From positions 32,501,542 to 32,545,973 of the forward strand of contig NC_068988.1 of NCBI RefSeq assembly GCF_001194135.2: a stretch of DNA of 44,432 nucleotides, written 5' to 3'. The notes under the pieces were generated by a model, which was not told the origin of the DNA, ran no database searches, and was given only the letters and a program-made list of their open reading frames with translations. Below, piece by piece: positions 13,216 through 22,915 of the stretch (the first letter of the stretch is position 1; each line of letters opens with the position of its first letter). This DNA comes from Octopus bimaculoides (Eukaryota). The position numbers and the translations under genes were made by a program.

Positions 13216-13568
13216 GGCACTCCGTCGGTTACGAAGATGAGGGATCCAGTTGATCCGATCAACGGGAGAGCCTGCTCGTGAAATTAACATGCAAGTGGCT
13301 GAGTACTCCACAGACACATATGTGTACCCTTAACGTAGTTCTCAGGGAGATTCAGCGTGATGCAGAGTGTGTCAAAGCTGGCCTTTTGAAATACAGGTAG
13401 AACAGAAACAAGACTGAGAGTAAGTTGTGGTGAAAGAGTACAGCAAAGTTCACTACCACCCCCTGCCGAAACTCGTGAAGATGTAGGTGTTTCACCCGGT
13501 CTGAGAATCGAAACCGCGATCCTACAACCACGAGTCCACTGCCTTAACGACTGAGCCATTGCGTCTCC
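13216..13568 (-). mobile_element. tRNA-derived SINE, family B, full length
   Basis: Reverse complement of the 33946-34333 copy: A box tggctcagtcg, B box gtttcgattctc, 3' end ggatcaactggatccctcatcttcgtaaccgacggagtgcc. Confidence 0.92.
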
Positions 13569-15089
13569 ATATATGTATATACAAGAGATTTAGAAGTTGT
13601 AAATCCAACCAACTAAGGAATAATATTTATCCAAAATACTGCTGGTAGAATACCCAATTATTAATACACAATTGTTTTTCATTGCATAGCAATTTCATTA
13701 CAGAGTGTAATAAATGTGTGAGGGTAAATAGTTAATTTACCCCTAATTTATAAATCAATAAGAAATTGGAGAGGATCAAAAAATGGTATTCATCAACTTT
13801 TAGACGTTATAATATGTCTATTTATTTATTTTTTAAAAAGACAATTATAACAATATACATACATGTATAACATATTATAATTTAGATATACACTATATAA
13901 AATATCAAATATAAAAGTATAAAATATAGAAATATAAAAATACCAGTAATTATGAAAACATATAACGTAGAGCATAGAAAGTAGCTTAATATCTTACAGC
14001 TGTTTCAGCCAAGAGGCCATCGTACCCTACACTACTTTTATCCCTCTAGTGAACTGAAGTATTTGGTAGATAAGATTAAGGTTAATTGGGTGTGTCTCTG
14101 GGTTTTGTCAGAGAGTTTAGAAAGTTCATAAGGTTAAGCTATAAATATAAATACATACATATATACATACTTTTACATATACACACATATACATAAATAT
14201 ACATAAACACATATATATNNNNNNNNNNNNNNNNNNNNNNNNNNNNNNNNNNNNNNNNNNNNNNNNNNNNNNNNNNNNNNNNNNNNNNNNNNNNNNNNNN
14301 NNNNNNNNNNNNNNNNNNNNNNNNNNNNNNNNNNNNNNNNNNNNNNNNNNNNNNNNNNNNNNNNNNNNNNNNNNNNNNNNNNNNNNNNNNNNNNNNNNNN
14401 NNNNNNNNNNNNNNNNNNNNNNNNNNNNNNNNNNNNNNNNNNNNNNNNNNNNNNNNNNNNNNNNNNNNNNNNNNNNNNNNNNNNNNNNNNNNNNNNNNNN
14501 NNNNNNNNNNNNNNNNNNNNNNNNNNNNNNNNNNNNNNNNNNNNNNNNNNNNNNNNNNNNNNNNNNNNNNNNNNNNNNNNNNNNNNNNNNNNNNNNNNNN
14601 NNNNNNNNNNNNNNNNNNNNNNNNNNNNNNNNNNNNNNNNNNNNNNNNNNNNNNNNNNNNNNNNNNNNNNNNNNNNNNNNNNNNNNNNNNNNNNNNNNNN
14701 NNNNNNNNNNNNNNNNNNNNNNNNNNNNNNNNNNNNNNNNNNNNNNNNNNNNNNNNNNNNNNNNNNNNNNNNNNNNNNNNNNNNNNNNNNNNNNNNNNNN
14801 NNNNNNNNNNNNNNNNNNNNNNNNNNNNNNNNNNNNNNNNNNNNNNNNNNNNNNNNNNNNNNNNNNNNNNNNNNNNNNNNNNNNNNNNNNNNNNNNNNNN
14901 NNNNNNNNNNNNNNNNNNNNNNNNNNNNNNNNNNNNNNNNNNNNNNNNNNNNNNNNNNNNNNNNNNNNNNNNNNNNNNNNNNNNNNNNNNNNNNNNNNNN
15001 NNNNNNNNNNNNNNNNNNNNNNNNNNNNNNNNTATCGCCATTAGATACAAAACTGCTATCGCCATTCTTCTCGTTTAAATATAAACAAG

Positions 15090-15305
15090 CGCGGGCGTAG
15101 CGGAGAACCCATCTCCTTGTCATCACGTGACTGATTAATATACGAAGCGGCAACTTCTTCGAACCGTTCCCGCCAGAACGCAAACTGACCAATCACGGCC
15201 CCTAATAAGGTCACGTGATAGAGTATTTTTCTGAAGCCTTCGGGAGCCGATAATTCGCTATAAATAGACCAACTCATACCCACAAAATTTATCTCGGTTC
15301 AGTTT
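15090..15305 (+). promoter_or_regulatory. CpG-rich TATA promoter with two inverted ATCACGTGAC E-boxes, a CCAAT box and an E2F-like site
   Basis: atcacgtgac 15122-15131 and gtcacgtgat 15210-15219 are reverse complements. Also ttcccgcc at about 15167-15174, gaccaatca 15187-15195, ctataaatag 15258-15267 and tcagtt 15299-15304. Upstream context is lost in gap 14219-15032. Confidence 0.75.
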
Positions 15306-15384
15306 CTCTTTGAGATCATTTCCGTGTACCACACGACAGCAGCAGCAGCAGCAGCCAGCGACACATCAACAGCTTCGTCCAACG

Positions 15385-15435
15385 ATGACCACTACCGCCG
15401 TCGCCACATCAGCAACACGTGTCTACGACTACTAA
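15385..15435 (+). other. Candidate uORF1 (MTTTAVATSATRVYDY)
   Basis: ATG 15385 to TAA 15433-15435 in the C/A-rich leader downstream of the TATA box. Confidence 0.45.
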
Positions 15436-15449
15436 CCAGCATTATCGCC

Positions 15450-15533
15450 ATGACCAACGCGATTCTACGATTATTACTAACCAGCATCAATCTCCACCAG
15501 CGTCAACACGACTTACTATGTACACCAAACTAA
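15450..15533 (+). other. Candidate uORF2 (MTNAILRLLLTSINLHQRQHDLLCTPN)
   Basis: ATG in good context (gccATGa); stop at 15531-15533. Confidence 0.45.
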
Positions 15534-15592
15534 ACCACCGCGGCACATCTCTCTCTTCGATTCTGTTAGGTGACTCAGCTTCACCACGATAA
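15518..15592 (+). other. Candidate uORF3 (MYTKLNHRGTSLSSILLGDSASPR), overlapping uORF2
   Basis: ATG 15518 to TAA 15590-15592. Confidence 0.4.
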
Positions 15593-15661
15593 ATAAACAG
15601 ACAAAAGATTTCAGCCAGCGACGAACGACGAACATCTGTATAACAAGAATCACGGCCCGGC

Positions 15662-15758
15662 ATGGAAGCCACCACATCACAACTAGTGATCAGCCCTGCC
15701 ACACACATCCTCAACTCCCTTCACATACAGACTCTTCCAATTGTGTACTCAAGAACTG
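15662..15758 (+). CDS. Candidate first coding exon of an unidentified gene (MEATTSQLVISPATHILNSLHIQTLPIVYSRT, phase 1)
   Basis: Strong Kozak context ggcATGG, possible donor ctg|GTATAA after 15758, and composition drops to intron-like afterwards. I recognise no homolog. Unspliced, it would be a 45-aa ORF ending at 15799. Confidence 0.4.
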
Positions 15759-16861
15759 GTATAAATGCTCACGTGTTCTTGACTCTCTATCTGCTGTAAT
15801 AACTCACATACACATACATGTATCACTCACATACACACTTTTCTTTGTATGACGGCCTGTCTTTGATTATGTTCTTATATGTCGCATGTTCTTATATGTC
15901 GCATTCACACTCTCACACACACATACATCTTTAACGCTATAATAAATATCTCTGGTATTCATTTCATACGGTTGCCTTCTATCGTCTCTTCATTACTGGT
16001 ATTTACGAATTCACTAATGTTCATATATCATCATTGATATATTATTTTGTGTTCGACTGTGTGACGCGTTTAAATAAAAGGAGTCCTCTGTTTTTCCATT
16101 CATCACCATTTCTCCTTTTTGAGTTCGGACGGTCGTTCTTACATATATATATATATATATATATGCATATGTGTATATATGTATTGCATATGCATATGTA
16201 TGTATATGGATACAGACATTGATATGCAACCCCATTACAGAACCAATAAATTGTTTGATTGATTGATTGATTAATTAATTAATTAGTTGGATGATTGATA
16301 AATTGATTGATTGACTGAATAATGGACCTAAATTTTTGAGTATATTATTTTATAATTATAGACCTAATTAAACCAGAGTCACCTCCCTTTGTTCTATTTA
16401 TAACTAAGAGAATATATAAGGATATATATTGAGTTGGTTCATAATTCATTAATTTAGTAAATAAACACTGTTGCATGGAGAATTACAATTAATGCACTTT
16501 ATCGGAGAATACATTGTCAGCATAATTTTAGCGATAAACAACAACCTAGTGAAACAACTTATAGGTCTCTTTTGATATTTTGTCCCTTATTTGAATTTAG
16601 TCCGAATAACTTCCAACATATATTTTGAACCTTATATGAGTAAGTAAATATACAAATGATTCCCCTAAGTAAACAGATACATGTAATATTATATACTGTT
16701 TTTTAAAAAAATAAATGTGTAATAACTTATCTTTCATATGCATTATATTAAAAAAATATACTCTTGGTAATATCAATTTAGCCTAAAATATGTATCTATA
16801 TGTATATGTGCATATATGCCCTTCTGCGGTATATAAATATCTAATGAGCGCGTTTTCGTGT

Positions 16862-16943
<82 letters not shown>

Positions 16944-16959
16944 TATATANNNNNNNNNN

Positions 16960-17003
<44 letters not shown>

Positions 17004-17017
17004 ATGTGTATGTAGTT

Positions 17018-17053
<36 letters not shown>

Positions 17054-17067
17054 GTCTGTACGTATGC

Positions 17068-17437
17068 ATTGATATATATGCATATATGTGTTCAGGACGT
17101 TAGCAACTGTGAAGTACGAAAAGAAACGAGTTAAATACGCAAACAACGAGAGACAGAAAATAGAAAACAGGACAAGTAACACAGAGAACGGCCCTTCATC
17201 CGTTGTTGGCTGTGCATGTACACCTCATTTCGAGCAATTGTCTATCATTCAACGACAAATGCTCGATATGGGGTGTAGATAGACAGCCGACAACTGATGC
17301 AGGGTCGTTCTCTGTGTTACTTGTCCTGTTTTCCATTTTTTCTCTCGTTGTTTGCGTATTTAACTTCATTGTTTTCGTACTTCAAGTTCTTTACACAGTC
17401 GGTGACGTCCCATACCCATATATGCATATATATCAAT
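17068..17437. mobile_element. About 370-bp fold-back (whole-element palindrome) between TA microsatellites, MITE-like
   Basis: Arms pair almost throughout, e.g. aaaacaggacaagtaacacagagaacggccct with agggtcgttctctgtgttacttgtcctgtttt. The 11-nt central loop is 17243-17253. Confidence 0.9.
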
Positions 17438-17560
17438 ATATATATATATGTATATATANNNNNNNNNNNNNNNNNNNNNNNNNNNNNNNNNNNNNNNNNN
17501 NNNNNNNNNNNNNNNNNNNNNNNNNNNNNNNNNNNNNNNNNNNNNNNNNNNNNNNNNNNN

Positions 17561-17604
<44 letters not shown>

Positions 17605-17614
17605 CGTGTGATGT

Positions 17615-17760
17615 GTTCATTTCTGTTTCTCTCTAACACATCCACTCACAAAGTTTTGGTCGTCCCGAGTATATAGTACAAGACACTTGCCCAAGGTACC
17701 ACGTAGTGGGACTGAATCCGGAAACATATCACTCAGAAACAAGTTTCTTACCACAATGTT
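17615..17760 (-). mobile_element. tRNA-derived SINE, family A, diverged
   Basis: Reverse complement of the 28222 copy; contains ggattcagtcccactacgtggtaccttgggcaagtgtctt, whose ccttgggcaagt resembles a CORE-type domain. Confidence 0.85.
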
Positions 17761-18958
17761 CGACTCATTAGTTGTTTTGTTTTGAATAACAAGTGTCATT
17801 TTAGGATTCCATGGAAGTAAATCTATTCACCATATAAGGAGGTTTCTCAGATCGAAGATGTATGTTATTAATCGGTCGAAGAGTGAATTTTTAAAATTAT
17901 TTGAATGCTTGCCTTTCATTTGCATAATCATACGGGAGACTAATGATATGTACAAGCGGTGACTTTCCCTACAGGAATGAGATTACAGTAAGAATGTGTA
18001 GGTACAATTTCTATTGGAACAGCTTTGTGCGTATACATCCGAACTATTCTATCTTCACTTCAAGCAATACAACTTCAAACGCGATGAAGTAGGATATAAA
18101 TTCTCAGAAAAATATCTGGGCCTCGTTTATTTGTAGTCAAGATTTAACTCTGTTGTATTAATGATCCTCGCACCTGTAACATTCTCCATCGTTTACATTC
18201 TCGCACCTGTTACATTCTCCATATATATTTCAATTTTAATTTTAATAATTACTTAATTTCATTCTCTCATTATACATGCACTAGAGATTTCAGTCAGTTC
18301 CTTTTAAATAACAAAGTAACATCATTAAAAAAAGAGGAATATGCTCATTAAAAAACGAAACAATCCCATTGGGAGTGAATTTTAAAGTCAACCTTCTTCA
18401 AATATTTTCCTTAGTCCTAAACAGATAACATTGCAATAAGTTCAATATTGTTTGGAAAATAAAAAAAAAAATTAAAAAGTAACATTGGATTCAGTTAGTC
18501 ATTGTAGTACATCGTAATACAATACAGGTGAGAAAATTATCCAGAAAAAACAAGCTCGGTATTTTGGTCTATAGTGTTCCATAGAGGAAGAGATTATATG
18601 TGGAAGCTTTCTTAATAGCAAACTAAAAGAAAAATCAATCAATCATATAAATATATATACGGTAAACGTGAAATAAAATATGATCTGTGTAATATTTAAT
18701 CGATTGAGTTTTAAATCAATGTTTGCGATTTAATTAATTGATGTATTATTAGATCTGTCCTACACTACCAGAAATAAAGCACGATTATCACCAGTCATTA
18801 ATATCGTTTGCATTTCAAAATGATTTTGGTAAGTTCTGGGCAGTTATACGTTGTCTCAAATTTATTGCTAAATGCAAATATTTTTCGATTTTTCAAATAG
18901 ATCTGAATGTCAGAAAAATCATTCAATACTGTAATAATCGTGGAGTCCCTATAGTATC

Positions 18959-18998
<40 letters not shown>

Positions 18999-19121
18999 TA
19001 TGCATATACACACTCACACATACATATATATATCATATAAAACAATTGGCCAGTGAGAAATTTACCGTTCATTTCACGACAATTATTATTATACTTGGCA
19101 ATATAAGTGGCTTGTCACATT

Positions 19122-20074
19122 AGAGCTTCTGGCCGGAGGTAACAAGCAGATTAAATGATTGCATCACTTTCATGATGGGACCAAATTTCTACCAAAGAAC
19201 CGCTACCGTTATGTTTTCTAGTTCGCCCCAGCATTCTCACTCAAAATCAAATCCTGTGTGGAGAGGGTCTTCGTTAAATAATCAGATAAACACTTTGCAT
19301 AGTCCCATATATACAGGTGGACTATTATTCAATACGTATAACTTAAGGAGTGTAAGAAAAAGATTTGGAAACACCCCAAAACTCTTCTCAGAAGCAGGCT
19401 GGTCATGTAAGATTAAGAATGAGTGTCCAATATACGATAGGTGCAAATCTGAGACCGTGGTTTACGAAGAGTTTTGGAGTCCAAAACAAGTAACAGCAAC
19501 AACAGCAACAGCAGCAGCAGCATAAGCGGCAGCAACAGATGGATAAACACACAAAGAAATGTGTTGGGTCAATAGTGGACACTTTTAAGACATGACTAAA
19601 TAGTCAGTGGTCCTGGCTATTGAGTCATTAAAAAGAAGGGCAAAGTTACGGCATTAGCCAGCTATATATGACATTTTAAAGAGGCAACGTGTCCATAGTT
19701 AACTGGAAATTGGTGGAACAATAAAGCCATACCTAAACGGAGCAGACGGCGCAAAATATGCTTGGCCGTGAGGACAGTGATCCAAAAATATTGCACGATC
19801 CGGGTGTCTTCTTGAATTCAAAATGTGCAATTCTTAACAGGAGCTTCACGATAGAAAATTTCTCTTGGAAACGATCTTTTCCGTTTACGGACAACTGATG
19901 CATTTTGGGCACAAGCAGAATCATCAAAGGGAGGTAACTTTGTCCCACTCATAAATAGTGTTTTCCATTCGGTTTTGATTTTTTGGTGCAGAGCTTTTTC
20001 ACCACCAATCTGATCGCGATCGTTACTTAATCTCTAGTAGTAATGAGGTCATATGTGTGTCTCCGGCCAGGTCT
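19122..20074 (+). ncRNA. Unassigned structured region, a possible large structured RNA or structured exon/intron
   Basis: Five collinear nested long-range helices join the two ends, and there is a perfect 12-bp internal helix (see findings). No family match recognised; transcription not shown. Confidence 0.35.
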
Positions 20075-20222
20075 GATGCGTCGTCTATATTGCTAGATAA
20101 AATAATAGGTGTGAAGACAATATTAACTTTCATAAACAACTATACGCAACTCGATTACATTAAATATATGCAACGTTCGTTTCAATGACACTGGATGGCA
20201 ACAGGCAACCTTACCTATCAAA

Positions 20223-20344
20223 TCTGACGGCCGCGGAGCGGAGATTGTTGTACGCAGGTGTGAGCTCCGTGAGTCAGAATTGCTATTCCAGCATATCTAT
20301 CTCGTTGTCCTTCGGGGCAACGCCTTTTCCATTTTATCTGCTGG
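20223..20344 (+). ncRNA. Two-domain stem-loop with a cUUCGg tetraloop
   Basis: tctgac/gtcaga, gcggagc/gctccgt, ccagca/tgctgg and cgttgtcc-TTCG-gggcaacg. G-U pairs favour the + strand. Confidence 0.4.
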
Positions 20345-20433
20345 TACCATGATAAATGTTGAGCTATGATAGAAAAAAGTGACCTTTTCTTAGATCAATA
20401 TGCTGTAGAGTGTTTTGAGGTGCGTGTGTGTGC

Positions 20434-20464
<31 letters not shown>

Positions 20465-22717
20465 CTTTTTTGTATACGAAATTTGTTTTCTTTGCGAGGC
20501 ATAAAGATTTTTGCTTGTTTTGTGTATAATCAAAATTGAATAATTGCACCAATAAAAATATACGATTCTTAAATATGTAATGATAATTTTGGTATACGAT
20601 TCAAAATAACCCTCCAGCATATAAACTGAAGATTTTCTTGTCCAAGCTCTAGAATCGAAACGATCAAAATGCCGAGTTTAATGCTTCCAAAATTGTGAAA
20701 CTGCGTTTTAAGTATTAAGTATCTAAAATTGCAGTTCTCTTGTAGCCACAAAAGAAGAAATCGAAAAGAATGACGACAGCGTTTCTAGATGTCTACAATT
20801 TCGGTCCATGTATGCACTTCCAGCGTGTTGAAAGTTGTAGAATAAAGATTTGCCGTAATGTTGAAGTTGGATTATTTCCACAATTCAAAATACAGTTTTT
20901 GAGTTCGAAATGGGGAGTTAAAGTAGTATGTCATTTCGATGCTGATTATGTAGTTGAAAAAAATTAATTAAATCCCAAATTGTTGATGTCATTTATATCT
21001 CGGCACGATACAAATTACAAGTATTGTCGGAAAAATAATTTGATACTTAGGGCAGTTGCTTTCGAATAATACTCGACTGTTTTGCTATGGATTCAATTTA
21101 CTACAAAAGCAATAACCACACACGTACGCACGCCCCCTCCCACATACATATCAGCCCTCCAAAAAATTTAATTACATATTTACCTTTTAATTTACAGTGA
21201 TTGGATGTTTCTAATGTATATCTATGCCGAAAGTAAGTACACTCGGTTACTTCATTAAATTAAATTATTTTACGCAAATTGCAATAGACTTTTCATTATG
21301 AGAATAACCTGGTAAATCATTGCTAAAGTATCAGTTCATTATACATATTGCTTACTGTAATTAGTATGGTAGTTTTCTATTAGTTACGAACCATTCTCAT
21401 GCACTCTTACGGTGTTGCAATATATTTACTATATACAAATTACTTATGTCGACATAAGTTGTACCCATTACGGTAGTTAGGCATTGTGTTTACTATCACG
21501 AAGTTAATGGTTAATTGAGATCTCATTTAATTAGACAGGCTGGAATGAAAACATTAGACGCCGCTTTGACAAACTACTTTAAGCTGTAAGCGTCGAGAAG
21601 CAATTAAACTCTGTTTTAATAATTGATATCGCAGAATTGATATCATTAATTGATATAACATTGTCTCACCTTATGTTAGCCAATAATTCGCTTCATTCAT
21701 TGTTTAGCCATTATCAATGTATTTGCACATAACAATGAAATATCAGAAGAAATAAGTGCAATATTTCTTTGGTTGTCATGGTGGTCATTCTGAAACATAT
21801 ATCAACGTATGTAATATAATGTGGGAATCTGCGTAACACATTTTGGACAGAAATCATTATTAGATCATGGCTTGTCAAATTTTAGGGCAATTAATATACG
21901 AAACCGAAAATTATTGCCACTGGTGTTTTTTATGACCCTCACAATCACCGGAGAACTTATCAAAGACAAAAGAGTTGAATAAAAATAGTTGTTTTTAATA
22001 TTATATTTAGGTGACTTTCAATTTGAACAGATGAATTAAATAAATGCATGCTTTATTATACTAATTCAATATAATTTTATCAAGAAAAAAACTTTACTGG
22101 ACACTTTAATTCTCAAGATATCTATTATTAGTGGTTTCTGGCAGAATTTGCTACATGGATAATTGTCTGATTGGTGGTCTTCAAATATATGTAGCCGGGT
22201 ACTTCTCTGTATCGATGACTCAGCCATAGTGGGGTGAAATGAGGGCAGTTTTCTCTCGTTTATATATATATTTAATGGATGGAAGATTCGCCTAATACAA
22301 ATAAAATTTCCTGCAACGAGCGTTAGGAAATATACGTTATTATATAATACAGCTCGTCTAACTTCATCATTGATATGTAACACTTGGAATGCTTGACAAC
22401 TAAAAGTTCTGATGAATCTACATCTATGTATTTCAAGATTCGTTTGATGTCGTATATGAATTTTGTTAAAGGAATTTAACGTATGAAAGTTTGTCTTTCA
22501 CTTTACTTCATATATATATGTATATATCGGTATGCACATACATGCACGTATATATGCATATACTCATTTACTNNNNNNNNNNTATATATATATATATGTA
22601 TATATCGGTATGCACATACATGCACGTATATATGCATATACTCATTTACTATTTGTTTATATATATATATATATATATACCCACACACACACACACACAT
22701 ACATATATGTAAATATA

Positions 22718-22915
22718 CTCTTTACTCTTTTTACTCTTTTACTTGTTTCAATCATTTGACTGCGGTGATGCTGGTGCACCGCCTTTATAGTCGAGCAAAT
22801 CGACCCCAGCGTTTATTATTTGTAAACTTAGTACTTATTCTATCGCTCTCTTTTACCGAACCGCTAATTTATGAGGACGCAATCACACCAGCATCGGTTG
22901 TGACAAGTCGATGTA
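22718..22915 (-). mobile_element. SINE family D, 3' portion with (GAGTAAAA)n-like tail
   Basis: The minus strand reads ...aataagtac...ctggggtcgatttgctcgact...ggcggtgcaccagcat...cagtcaaatgattgaaacaagtaaaagagtaaaaagagta. Confidence 0.8.

Noticed and set aside
15311-15322. bantam-like tgagatcattt
   Set aside because: Only the first ~11 nt resemble it and there is no hairpin.
20060-20090. Antizyme-like +1 frameshift (gtc TGA tgc)
   Set aside because: No UCC-UGA context and no antizyme-like ORF1 or ORF2 sequence.
20185-20230. SECIS-like ATGA...AA...TGA
   Set aside because: Helix II does not pair adjacent to the quartet.
19122-20344. Telomerase RNA, RNase P/MRP, 7SK, U1 or group I intron identity for the structured region
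   Set aside because: No CCCTAA/TAACCC template on either strand, no H/ACA boxes, no paired RNase P CR-I/CR-V, no 7SK 5' stem. The cttacct at 20210-16 lacks the rest of U1, and there is no P/Q/R/S core.
20746-20809. Candidate second exon (ATKEEIEKNDDSVSRCLQFRS)
   Set aside because: It is frame-compatible with the 15662 exon, but the donor is weak, an upstream AG competes and there is no homology support.
15570-22225. Several AP-1 TGA(C/G)TCA sites
   Set aside because: The count is roughly what base composition predicts for 38 kb.
22066-22383. 105-aa minus-strand ORF
   Set aside because: No recognisable domain or splice structure; compatible with chance.
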